Positions 40,050 to 51,522 of a stretch of DNA of 64,000 nucleotides are shown here, piece after piece. The translations under genes and the position numbers were made by a program. Position 1 is the first letter of the stretch. Every line of letters begins with the position of its first letter. Source of the stretch: Pocillopora damicornis (taxonomy: Eukaryota); assembly GCF_003704095.1 (NCBI RefSeq), contig NW_020845264.1:620001-684000 (forward strand). The letters run 5' to 3'. Under the pieces are notes generated by a model. The model made no database searches. It saw only the letters and a program-made list of their open reading frames with translations, and was not told the origin of the DNA.

Positions 40050-41992
40050 TATAAATGGCGCGCTTTTTTGAAGAACCGCTGTTTTCATAAAGTGTGGGCG
40101 TCGATGAGCTTAAGGTAGGGAGGGGTGGGGGAGGAATAAACCTAGAGTGTTCTTATTTTGTTCCAAGCTTTAGGCGGATTACGCTGGGGGAAATGCGAGA
40201 GAAACTAACTGCAATCCTAGAAATTCATATCAGACATATTCTGTATCCAGTTTTAAGTGCATATGTCTTATTTTACAGGGCATTGTTTCATCCAAAGTGT
40301 GACCATTAATCATTCATTTGTGCTATTGGTCAGGACTGGCAATATTTGCAACTCCCAGACTCCCTTGCCAAGCAGTGAAGACTAATCAGTTTTTAAACTT
40401 AGTCAATTTTTACGTCTAACGGCTCCATTTCTTTGGCCGTTTTACGGCTACCGATTAACTCTATTGATATCCTCTTATAACTGGAAACAGTCATATGGCT
40501 TCCCACCTCTTCTTTATCGAAAACCGGCTGGTTAATAAGATTCGTGAAGTTGGTTTAAAAAAAAAAAATGGAGCTCAAATAAATCGAGTGTATTTTTTTA
40601 TGGACAACATGGTCAAAAAGTTGCCCAGTGAAGGAAAAACATTAACAGATGGATAAACTGACTGAACAGCTTTTCACTCAGATTGTACCGCTTAGTGATA
40701 GAAGGCTAATCTCAACTCGGGTGAATGACTAAGTCGAGCTTGGTTCTACGTTATCAATAAGGCTTTGATTTCATAAATTACTAAGCTTCCGTTAGGAAGT
40801 ATGTATTTAATCCAGAGAAGAAAAGATTTATCACTAAACTCACATATCGATCTAACTAAATGCCTCTTCCTTTAAAACTTCACCCAGTCGCAAAAAGTCT
40901 TCCGTTGTTTAGAATAAACTGAATCAGTCATTTTTGTCGCTATTTCACAACGAGAAGTTGACTCAAATTAAATAGCAAAGATTTAAGCGAAGATCTGAAG
41001 TTATAAAATTCTAGGCTTAGTGCTAAAGATAGCTTCCTCGGATATGACGAACACATAAATACTTTCTTACGTTTGAGAATCAACTGAATTTATTGAGGCA
41101 CACTTACAGTGCTCGAGGCAAAACCAAAATCTAAGAAATGAATAAACTTGTAAGTATTAAAATGCCCCGTGGTGTTATCATGGGAGGTAGAAATTATTTT
41201 ATTTCGGAAATGATAAACAGAAGTTATCAAGCGGCCTTGAAACGGGTAATGACACTGATTTCTTCACAAAAGGCAAATTAAAACGTGGCTTTCTACTGCA
41301 AACAGCATGAAGTTAAAAAAATAAGAACAGCGTTGTTTTGTATGGTTTAAACGGAGGGATTTGCACTGTGATTGGAGAAAAGGCTGTCGAGTTTGGAAAT
41401 ATACTTTTCAAAGAAAGGAAGCGAATATGTGCTCATTAGAAACCCAACTTGAATATGATTACCAAAGCTCTTCACAATATCCGCCATTGAAGACTTCTTT
41501 TTCATTCAAGAGGAGTTTATAAACCTTGAAAATTAATGTAAATGATAAAAATGGGCTGGGAAGAGTTTTTATTGAATAAATTCTTTAAAATTTTTTCATT
41601 TAACGAAAATGTTAGCTATTTAGAGAAATTGGAACTATTATGTTTGAAAAAGATGGAAGCAATAGAAATTATGATGCGGATGTTTGGGCCGGTAAATAAA
41701 ATGTGGCCTATGAACAAAGGAAATCTCTCTTTTCTTTTACTTCCACTGATTAATATCGGGCACAAAGAAATAATATTGAATGAAAAGGCGGAGTAGTAAT
41801 TGTCGATAGGAATAAATAAACATACTTGTTAATGAGGTTTCACCGGATGCCCTTTAAACTGCTAATTGTAACCAGTGGGAGAACGTTTGTTCTGCGTCAG
41901 CCGAGAAGAACATTTTATTTAATGATGATAAGTGAGACTGTAATTAAAAATATAATTGAAGTGTTGACAGTGAAAATGCTTGGAGGGAATTG

Positions 41993-42114
41993 TATATTAA
42001 GAGCAGTGTTTTCAGCCGAGGCTCACTTTCAGTCGGTGCCATCAACACGCCACATTTTGTAAATCTGCTTCCGAGACGATTTTTCATTGACAAGGAACAG
42101 GAGTGAACGTTCAG
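41993..42114 (+). promoter_or_regulatory. Candidate core promoter and non-coding first exon of the neuropeptide gene
   Basis: TATATTAA 41993-42000, Inr-like TCAGTC 42029-42034, an ATG-free stretch ending in a strong donor CAG|GTAAGA at 42114; the coding exon begins at an acceptor 4 nt before its ATG, so an upstream exon is expected. Confidence 0.5.
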
Positions 42115-43342
42115 GTAAGAAGATTGTGTGTGATAACATTTCATTTACAATGATGTTTGAGTATTTATTTTTTGAGTGTTGTTTTTTCGCATGGGCATGC
42201 TCTTGCCTTTCATTATCTGACTGCCGAGCCAAGTTTTTAAGATGATTCAAAAATGCTTACCATGAGCTCAAAGATGATGTTAGATGAAAACGCTTTCACC
42301 ATTTTTTTGTGTCATGTGTGCTCTATTTTGTGAAGCTGGTCTGTTCAATTGGATAACACCCAACTAAAACTTGGTTTGTACCACGATTTTTTTTCCATTT
42401 TTTATCATTTCTAAACTACATAAGATAAATTCACGCTTCGCGTAAGAACAAAACAAAAAAGAAAAAATAAAGCAAATAGACTTTGAGAGCCATGTGCTAT
42501 GCTTAGGAAGAAAAAGTAAAGTTCCCTTTTTGCGGACCTTGTGAAATTACAACTAATTTTTCATCAGATATTTTAAAATCTTCGCTGCTTTCTTGTGTAA
42601 TTATTTGGTCGTTTGCGAGTACTAACGATATATTATAACAATAGTTTAGAGCACATTTACAGAATTTGTCACGACAAAGTCGCATTGTTCCTGGAAATCC
42701 TGTGATTTTCTTCTTGATTGCCATCTCTTGGCTAAATGGGTACCACCCAAACCAGATATTGAGTATTAATCGTTGTGAAAGTTCCTATTAACGATAAGAT
42801 AGTTTCAAGCTTTTGTGTTTGCGTCTTTCCCTTTTACTCTTTGTGTCAATTAGGTGCAAAATTCCTTCTTTTTTCATGTCACTTATTTGACTTTATCATT
42901 CCTCTTAAAAGCGCTAAAATTTGGTGATTACATCTTTATTCTCGGGATTTAGTCTTGCTCAAAGAATTCTCCTGCTTTTGTCTGGTTTTATACTGAAGAC
43001 AAAATAATGAGTTTCCCACAATATGGAACACTTACTCTGAGAAAACCTTAAAAACGGTCATTAAAGATGAAGAAATATATACAAAAAAACGTAGGAACTT
43101 AAGATTAAGTATCCTTAAAAGTAAAGAAATTGTTAGTGCTTTATTTTATCTTAATATCCAGCTGCCTGAGTAAATCTATCGCGCACTTGCCTCCAAGGTC
43201 TTAATTAGCGACTCCTGATATTGCACAGAAAAATTTGGTGCGAGCTTGATAGGCTAGTGAAACTTGAAACAATGGCCATTGTAACAATTAATTATAAAAA
43301 GACGAAGAGACTTAATGTTTGTATGTATTTCTTTACAGGTCA

Positions 43343-45371
43343 ATGATGTTTTTAAGACTTGCTGTCTTATTTTGTGTGGTTTGCTTAGCAAGCAGTGAAA
43401 AAGAGAAAAACTCTGAGGATCCGCCCGGCTTACTTCAAGCATTAAACTCTAAATATTTTGGTCACATCAGGGGCAAAAGAACGGTTAGTATTTGATCGCT
43501 CTGTTAACATCTCACATTACAGCCTGTAACCACGCACTGATATAATGATACAATACGCCTCGTGATTTTCATCCTATGAATTAGATCAAAATCGAAATTT
43601 TGAAGAAAAGGAGTTCCTTTTTATTGAAATCTTATGTTGTACTCAGATAAAAGGTCGGTGAAAGAGACCTCTATACCCAGTCATGGAAAAAAAATCAGTT
43701 CTCAGAGTAAAACAAAAGTCTTTTGTGAATTTTTCCGACTGTAGAGAGGATTTCAAAGAATAGTGGCTAATGGGGGCGGCTCTACCATGGAAAATATACT
43801 GAATATCTATTTTTTTTAAACTGTGCATGGTTTCCTTGTGTCTCTGAGCACTAATTTGCTTACATTCAAATACCGACAGGTACTATTTTAGTTAATCAGC
43901 TTCTAGTGTAAATGAAAAAACTCTCAATTAATTTGACATTTCACTGATCAAAACGAAAGGTACTTTTTACTTTTTTTTGTTACAGATTATTCAATTAACT
44001 CGAAGTTCTCTTTATTTTAAAGGGCAAGGATGATAATCCACCCTTGGAACAGGCACTTAATAATGCTTATTTTGGACATATTCGTGGAAAAAGAACGGTA
44101 ATGCCTGGCTTTTACTATGACAGTCCAGTGACTGCTTGTTTAAAGCAATCTCTTATTCGCTTAGTTTTGGCAGTGTAGAGCAACATATACACTATACAGC
44201 CGCTTGAGAAATGTGCGTTTTTTTGTCCAACTAGAAATGTTTTTGGATGAGCTTTAGGGATTTTACACCTGAACTGCAAGTCCTTAATGTCATTTGTTAT
44301 TATTTCAGCAATCAGATGATTATCCGCCACTAGAGGAAGCTCTCAATTCAGCATATTTTGGACATATTAGAGGAAAGAGAACGGTAATTGTTTCTTTGTA
44401 GTTAAGAACATGATAACTAACGGTGAATGGGATAATAAGTTCCCTGAAGAACAACCAATTCAGCTGAACCGAACTTAACCCTGTCAAAGAGAGGAAACAA
44501 TAACCAAAGATTATAACTGCAGTTGCCTCATTTAAGAAGGAAACATTCGTCGATGACTGTTGCCTGTTTTGACCTTCATGGTTCACAGTACAATCTGGAT
44601 CATAAGAGTTGAAAATCTGCGAAAATTTTCTCGTTTCCTCTTTGCAGTTCGCCTGAAGCATGGGAAAACCATGATAAGAGTTTCGAAATTTCTATATTTG
44701 ATTTGCTGAACCAGCCACTTAGGTGCAGGATAAGGCATAACAAATGTAGTGCCCTGCCGGAAATCTTTTATCCAGCTTAATAACTGAGCTGATAGTCAAG
44801 CAGGTGAAATGACTCCCAGTTCACTTGATGGACGTGCCAACTTCTCCTAACAAGCATTGTATGAATCCTGTAATAATCAGTTAAGAGAATCTGCATTTGT
44901 TTTGCTTTACAGCTTCAAGGTTAGGGTTATAATCCTGCGCTTCGTAAAGCACTCAATAGGCAGTTTTTTGGCCGCTTTCGGGGAAAACGGACGGTAAGAT
45001 GAAAAGTGAACAGGCTGGCATTTCGCGTCGCATAAATGAACTTAAATGAGAGTGGTATGCTCCTTTAAACTTTGGCCACCGCTGCATTGTGTGTTTGTTT
45101 TGCAGGGAGGGTGGGGATCAAACAAAGATTTATTGGAGGCCTTAAACAATGCTTACATGGGACACATCCGTGGGAAACGACAACAGGTACTAAATTGTGC
45201 TGACTTTGAAACGAGTAGGTGTAGTAGCTAATTAAACACATTTGATTTGTTTTTTCGTTCAATGTAGATATAATAATCTTGTAATAGTTTATTTAATAGT
45301 TTACTGTATGATAATCTTGTTTCTTTTCTCTTTTGAATTTTTTGTAGGAAACAATGGATAAGTCAGTTTAA
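43343..45371 (+). CDS. HIRamide-type neuropeptide preprohormone; coding exons 43343-43483, 44023-44097, 44309-44383, (44913 or 44925)-44993, 45106-45186, 45348-45371
   Basis: Signal peptide MMFLRLAVLFCVVCLASS, then five homologous units ending in G-K-R: ...ALNSKYFGHIR-GKR, ...ALNNAYFGHIR-GKR, ...ALNSAYFGHIR-GKR, ...ALNRQFFGRFR-GKR, ...ALNNAYMGHIR-GKR; all introns phase 0 GT-AG; AATAAA at 45543 and 45582. Confidence 0.9.
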
Positions 45372-45705
45372 TGACCACCTCTTGAAACCATGCCATGAAA
45401 TTGCAATCGAAGACACTGCCAGTGACCATTAGAAAACATGATATGTACTACTACCATGAAAACTTGCTGAATGCCAAAAAAGTATATTTATTTCCAGAAG
45501 ATGTGTTTCATTACAGATTTTTAATGAATAGGCAAAGTGTCAAATAAAGTCGGAACATTAGATTATGAAATAAGTGAAATGAATAAAAGTTGAGCAAAGA
45601 GACTACAACATCTTGTGCTCTCTTAAAAGTGTTTTATCCTTAATGATTAAGTTAAAAAAGACAGGTTAGCGATAAATAAATTTCATTTTAAAGGTATGCA
45701 TTGTA

Positions 45706-45843
45706 TATATGTTAGGGTTCAATTTTATCCTTGGTTCATATTTTCTTTTCCTTTGTTTCAGACTCATTATCATATATTACAATACCCAAAAACAAAAGAA
45801 GATAAAATTTTAACCAAGGATAAAATTGAACCACAACATATAC
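45706..45843. mobile_element. Small palindromic MITE
   Basis: TATATGTTAGGGTTCAATTTTATCCTTGGTT pairs with AACCAAGGATAAAATTGAACCACAACATATA; a decayed relative begins near 28604. Confidence 0.75.
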
Positions 45844-46427
45844 TTGAAACAAAAGAAACGATAATTCCGACAGCATACCTCAGATATGTTTCGAAGGGGC
45901 GCATTTCAATATTTCCTATATTTTTATCAACTCGTTGAAAAATTTTGACGCATTTCTGGTGTTAAACGGTCTGCATCACCGCAAATCGAACTTACTTCGC
46001 TCCAGAAATGTAAACTTTCATCATTTATTCACTTATTTAGTTTTGTTAATCGAACAGCACTCACTCAGTATTTCCCATCTGTATTTGTACAAAACATAAT
46101 CAATCAGTTTCCTTCTTGTTAACTATTTCCATCTACTCGAGGCGGACTCGGTGATCAACATCAATTTATCCTAGTCCCGTTCTGGTGACGTGATCCCATA
46201 ATCATGTTTTGCCCGAAAGCAGGAATGCCTTAAACTACGATTAAAAAGCAAACACGATCGGTACTTGTACAAAATATACGTAAGCTGTTTCCATCTTCCT
46301 AACCATTTCAATCTGCCAGTTGTTTGTATTTCGTGATGCATTTTTTTTTGTGAGGCTGCGGTCCCTACCCGATCGTAACAGACACGTGATCAACAGATCA
46401 ACAGCTTTGTCTAGGCTCATTAGTTTG

Positions 46428-47948
46428 TCACAGTTCGGGTTCTGAGCCTGCACTCATGATACCGCATAATGCAAACTTTCCGCCTTTTACAATCTTAAAA
46501 CTTAGTTTGTGGCTTCCTGGTTTTACTAGACGCGCTACATTAACGACTTGTGTAAATCCATATGTGGAATACGCATCAGCATAGACGCTGTTGTTACTTT
46601 TGTCCAATGAAACTTCTGCTTTTCCTCCATAACCGTTTGTTCGGAAGGCTATAAGAACATCTCTAGTTTGATTATCCCCAGGAATGCCATTAAAAGGTAA
46701 ATCAATTCGTAGTTGTAAAATAGAGTCTACTTTCTCTGCTTCCCATCCACCAAAACCATCAGTCCGCACAGGCCCGAGTTTATTTTCCCATGAACTGCTT
46801 CTATAAACACCGATAGGTAGATTTTGAATTCGTTTAAATCCCGTATTTTTTATTTCTGTGACAGAGAGGGATGGATTAAAGAAAGTGCTACTTACGTCGG
46901 GTGTGAGGCGAGTGTAACAGAGAGGGCCTGGAACAGATCCCCCTTTGCCCGCAAAATAAACAGGTCTCGGTAAGTTGACAAATCGTAAATAAAATAGCCC
47001 TCGATTGGTATTTGTTATGGTGTTTGATAAAGCTTTACGAACGCTATTGATTATCATTAAAGCGATTTGTGCATGGGTAATATTACCACTATGAACTCCA
47101 TCCGCAGTGAAAAACGCTGGAATTTGTCTCTCTCGATCATCTGAACATAACGACTCGCGCATACTGAAACTTGTAATGCCATAATGCCAGGCTAGCATAG
47201 TCTGCCCGTGATTTTCCAGGTTGTCACACATGGGAATTTTATTATTTCCGGGAGTAAAATTGACATATGCCACTGCCGAGGAAGATTCTTCCCTAAGTAT
47301 CCGCCTCGTAAGTTTTTCAAGAGATGACGCTCTTGGCTTTTGAGAATCCTTAAATTGAAGATAATCGTTTATTGAAAGCTCAAGGAGGATAATGTCTGGG
47401 CTATCTTTAGGTCTCATCAAAGTTTTGTAACAATAATAAAAAAAGTCGCTAGCAGTTCCTCCAACGGCGAGATTCTGCAATTTGATGCGAGATCCAGTAA
47501 AAGGTTGTATGGCCTTCTGCCACCAATCGACAAACACACGATAATAAATTCCTTTTAGATTAGAGAAATCGTTGATTAATCCACCTCCAGCCGATGTTGA
47601 TCCACCTATTACAATAAGGCCAATATCTTGACCGAGTAGAACTTTTTCCATAAGATTTTTAAGACGATATTCTGTTGTTCGTCGTTCAACAATCTGGTTG
47701 TTATACATTTCGGCCGTAAGGAACAAATCCTCCAAAGACTTCAACTTATCCTTGAAGTACCAAACTTCGAACGGATTTCTTTGAATCGAACGCTTGAGAT
47801 AGTAGATTTTGTTCAGCTTCACTGCAGGTGGTTTGTTTCTTACTTCAGGCTGCTTGTTATGTAAACTGGAATGACAGTCTTTTCCTATTTGTGTTGATGT
47901 TGCACTGTACATAACTTGAAGGATTAAACAGATCATTTTATGGAACAT
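46428..47948 (-). CDS. SGNH/GDSL-hydrolase-like secreted protein, paralogue 1 (intronless CDS)
   Basis: Blocks GGSTSAG, AVGGT, ELSIND, DGVH; likely start MFHKMICLILQ at 47948; C-terminal beta-rich domain. Confidence 0.85.
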   Translation of the reverse strand: MFHKMICLILQVMYSATSTQIGKDCHSSLHNKQPEVRNKPPAVKLNKIYYLKRSIQRNPFEVWYFKDKLKSLEDLFLTAEMYNNQIVERRTTEYRLKNLMEKVLLGQDIGLIVIGGSTSAGGGLINDFSNLKGIYYRVFVDWWQKAIQPFTGSRIKLQNLAVGGTASDFFYYCYKTLMRPKDSPDIILLELSINDYLQFKDSQKPRASSLEKLTRRILREESSSAVAYVNFTPGNNKIPMCDNLENHGQTMLAWHYGITSFSMRESLCSDDRERQIPAFFTADGVHSGNITHAQIALMIINSVRKALSNTITNTNRGLFYLRFVNLPRPVYFAGKGGSVPGPLCYTRLTPDVSSTFFNPSLSVTEIKNTGFKRIQNLPIGVYRSSSWENKLGPVRTDGFGGWEAEKVDSILQLRIDLPFNGIPGDNQTRDVLIAFRTNGYGGKAEVSLDKSNNSVYADAYSTYGFTQVVNVARLVKPGSHKLSFKIVKGGKFALCGIMSAGSEPEL

Positions 47949-48108
47949 TTTAGATTTTTGTCTCAGGTTTACGTGGAATATAGTTATTTTATATGTCAAG
48001 TTAAGTTTGAAAAGCTTTCAGCTTAGCTTAGTTAACCTGTCTTTAGTGTGTGCCAAAATTACAACCTGCAAAAAGTTTCAGCTATTATCGTAATTTGATG
48101 ATGGGTCC

Positions 48109-48198
48109 CTTGACGATGACTTCAACTGCAGTAAACGGGTGAAGATCACTTGACGATGACTTCAACTGCAGTAGACGGGTGAAGATCACTTGTCGATG
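48109..48198. repeat. 40-bp tandem repeat, about 2.25 copies
   Basis: CTTGACGATGACTTCAACTGCAGTA(A/G)ACGGGTGAAGATCA at 48109 and 48149, partial copy at 48189. Confidence 0.9.
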
Positions 48199-48669
48199 TT
48201 ACAGGTGTTTATCACACTAAGCGATCTTCAGTCATTGTTAATCGCCACAGATATTTTCACACTCAGGTTAATGACATTGCTATCATATCAAGATATCCTC
48301 CAGAGAAATATATTCTGGGCAATTTCAACTAAATTTAGTCTCGCTAGGCTAAGTCAGTCGCACCCGCAGCCCACGGCTAACCTCATAGCCCACTGCCTTA
48401 AGCCTCCGTTGTGTTCGCGTGCCAAATAAAGGTCAGCGTCACCTCACCAAACTGCGGAACTGATATTATCAAAGTACCATAAGAACTCACCATCATTTGC
48501 ATTGCATTGTAGGCGACGATGACCTTTGTTGAACAAGGTAGCAGGGCAATCGACTACGGACTGCGAGCTCTTAGGCTTTTTTAAAAGGCGGCAGGTCTGC
48601 TTTTAGCAAGACCCCGTTTATTAGCCCAATTTCCATATGATCTATCAAAATAATCATCTCAGGAATGTG

Positions 48670-50397
48670 TCATTTGTAAGTCGGTCCAGCCATAACACCC
48701 GATAAAATGAACACCCCTGGGGTTTCTGTTCTGATACTAATCACATGCCGCCCGGGCATTACGTGACTGGCAATAGTGTATAGTTTAGTGTGGCCAAACA
48801 GTGAATAAGTGGTGACTAAAATTCCTCTTTCTTCATGTTCATTTAACCACACTTTTGCCTGTCCACCGTTGCCGTGCGTTCGAACAGCTATTGCCACCTT
48901 TCTTGTCTGAGTTGCAGCGTCCATAATGCACTGCCTTGAGAGAGACGTGATTGGTATAAGTATTTCTAATTCCAGCATTGAGTTTTTAGACTTGGACTTC
49001 CACCCGCCATAAGCATCTGTTCTGTGAGTCTGCATTTCACCAAATTGCTTAACTTCACATGTGGCATTAGGTAATACTACATTGTTGATAGCTATTTTCT
49101 GAAACTCCTCAAATCCAAAATTTCCGATTGCTTTTACTTGCAGACTTTGATGTGCTGTGATGTTTCTTGTACAGTCGGGTGTTATTTGAGTGAAACACCT
49201 GGGGCGTTCCCGCAGATTTTGACGGTAACTCATGAACAAGGTTTCTGGAAGATTTCTAAATTTTAGAGGACAGTCTGGTAATATTATCCTATCGCCAATT
49301 GATGGAAGTGACATTTTTTCAATAGTTACTTTCACTTTTTTGGTTGTGATTAAGCTTTCGAGCACATTAAGAATTAATTGCCGCACATGGGTTATCATCA
49401 TAAATGCCATTTGAGCATGGCCTATAATGCTGATGTGATTGCCGTCAGTTGCAAACATTTTGGAAAGCTTTTTCCGTTTTCCTGCAAAACCTGAACATAG
49501 CAACTTTCTCAAGCTAAACGTTGTTATTCCATAGTGTTTAGCGAGAAGTGTCTGGCCGTGGTTCTCCAAATTGTCACATTTTGGACGTCTAAGATCGCCT
49601 TGAACAAAGTTGACGAACATCACGGCGGGAGAACTTCCTTCGCTTAAAACTTCCCTAGTAAGTTGTTCCAGTGGCAGAGCCATTGGAAACATGGAGTCTT
49701 TAAACTGAACATAGTCATTCACGGTGAAGTCAAGAAACACAAGATCCATGTCAGTTTTAGGGTTCAAAAAAACACTGTAACAAAAAGCATAAAAATTGCT
49801 GCTGGTTCCACCAATAGCGAGATTGTTAAGTTTCAAGTCAGACCCTGTGAGTGGCTGCACTGTTTTGCGCCACCAGTCACTTAAAACTCGGTAATAGAGG
49901 CCTCGTAGGTCTTCACCATCATTTGTCAGACCGGCACCTGCAGAAATTGACCCACCCATGATAGCGATGTTAATGTTCTCACCCTCCAGTGATCGTAGGA
50001 TTACATCTTTGAGGCGATTTGTGGTGCCTTTTCGTTGGAATACGCCGCTGTCCCAAGGTTTGGAAACTATGAGCAAGTCTGCTTTGGACTTAAATCGGTT
50101 TTTAAAAAACCATGTTTCAAACGGATCTCTTTCAACAGCGAATTTTAGAAGTCTGAGCTTCACTGGAATTAAGTCCTCGTTCAACCTTGATCCGATAGAA
50201 TCATCACGAGAATCAGTTTTGTGTTCCTTTCGTGAAATACTGGCCGCATTTCCCATGTAAAACCAGTGTGCAGTTTCCCTTTTGGTAATAAACACAGCCA
50301 ACAGTAGCACAACGAAATGAGATCTCCAATCAAATCGCGACATCAAAGCTACTACACCAAATATTATTAGAACTGAGGCGACCATTAGATATACCAT
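48670..50397 (-). CDS. SGNH/GDSL-hydrolase-like protein, paralogue 2, N-terminal hydrophobic anchor(s)
   Basis: 575-aa ORF with GGSISAG, AIGGT, DFTVND, DGNH; two hydrophobic stretches in the first 40 aa. Confidence 0.88.
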   Translation of the reverse strand: MVYLMVASVLIIFGVVALMSRFDWRSHFVVLLLAVFITKRETAHWFYMGNAASISRKEHKTDSRDDSIGSRLNEDLIPVKLRLLKFAVERDPFETWFFKNRFKSKADLLIVSKPWDSGVFQRKGTTNRLKDVILRSLEGENINIAIMGGSISAGAGLTNDGEDLRGLYYRVLSDWWRKTVQPLTGSDLKLNNLAIGGTSSNFYAFCYSVFLNPKTDMDLVFLDFTVNDYVQFKDSMFPMALPLEQLTREVLSEGSSPAVMFVNFVQGDLRRPKCDNLENHGQTLLAKHYGITTFSLRKLLCSGFAGKRKKLSKMFATDGNHISIIGHAQMAFMMITHVRQLILNVLESLITTKKVKVTIEKMSLPSIGDRIILPDCPLKFRNLPETLFMSYRQNLRERPRCFTQITPDCTRNITAHQSLQVKAIGNFGFEEFQKIAINNVVLPNATCEVKQFGEMQTHRTDAYGGWKSKSKNSMLELEILIPITSLSRQCIMDAATQTRKVAIAVRTHGNGGQAKVWLNEHEERGILVTTYSLFGHTKLYTIASHVMPGRHVISIRTETPGVFILSGVMAGPTYK

Positions 50398-51522
50398 TTA
50401 AGTCTGACACCCGAACAATTATTTGCAGTGTTACTTCATGGATTGTGTGATCGCTGCGGGTCAGTTTTAACTGAAATTATATGGTTCCTGTCAAATAGAG
50501 AAAACTGTCACCTGCTAAGTACCTAACTGGATTATGAGACACTTTGCAGTTACCCGTTAAATCTATTTTCAACACAGCCGTCATGAAGACGGCCTCTGGA
50601 GATCGCCTCTAAGACTAATCGTAATCATATAAAACTAATAGGCGCTCAATCTTTGAAAAGTAGAAAGAGCTCTAGTGGAAGATATTTCTATAAATTTCAA
50701 ACAGCGAGCGTCAAAGAAACTTGGATTCTCAAAAAGGTTTTTCCACAGGAAGAAAAGATCTGTGTAACCCATAAATCTTGAACTTTTTTCCCCAGATTCT
50801 CGGTGTTTCCTTTAAGCCAATTATTCCATGTAGGCCAACCCTTTTCGAGAATTGCAAAACGAAATCCAGTCAGATTAACCGTATGAAAAGTTTATCGTAT
50901 ATGAAAAAATGAAAATTTGAGTGCAGCTGTGGCGAGGGCTGGCTCCTCGTCTATTTTTTACCCCAGATCCCCACGGTATTTTAGATATATGTACCTCTAA
51001 GTTCAGTGGTCTTTGAAAGTGTATATTTAAAACGCCTCCACTCACGAGCTGTCAGTCGATGTGCATCTTCATCTTTGATCATGTTCTTGACATCGTAAGG
51101 CTTAAGAACTAAAGTAAATTTTCATACGTAAGTTTATTTGCTGCAGATTAAGTGGCGATCTCTTTAAGAGCGGTCCAAGGCGTTTCGCATCGGAAAAAAG
51201 TTGTACCTCAAACTTTGCCCATTAAGCTATCTTTTGTAGTAAGTAAATAAAACCACAATGGTTTCTGGATATACGTTAAAAATTTTTTTCAGGGCTCTTA
51301 CAGCTCTAGGCATGTTGACAAAGGCACCTGTCTAATGGAAGTAGGCTTCAACACCACTGAAAAGGCAGGCGGCGGGTGATTGGAAACGTTGGAGAACAAA
51401 AACGAAAAATTAGTAGAATGTAAATATTTAAAACTTTAACGGGTACCTTTGCTGTGCATAAAACTCCCTTAGTAATAGGTTAGAAGTCCTTCATACCATT
51501 GTAGCGAGAGTTAAAAATTTAA

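Noticed and set aside
44922-44924. Stop-codon recoding (pyrrolysine or readthrough) of the in-frame TAG
   Set aside because: No pyrrolysine system in animals and the context (TAG GGT) is not a typical readthrough signal; mutation or alternative acceptor is simpler
48109-48198. CRISPR-like repeat
   Set aside because: Units are contiguous with no unique spacers, there are no cas genes, and the context is eukaryotic
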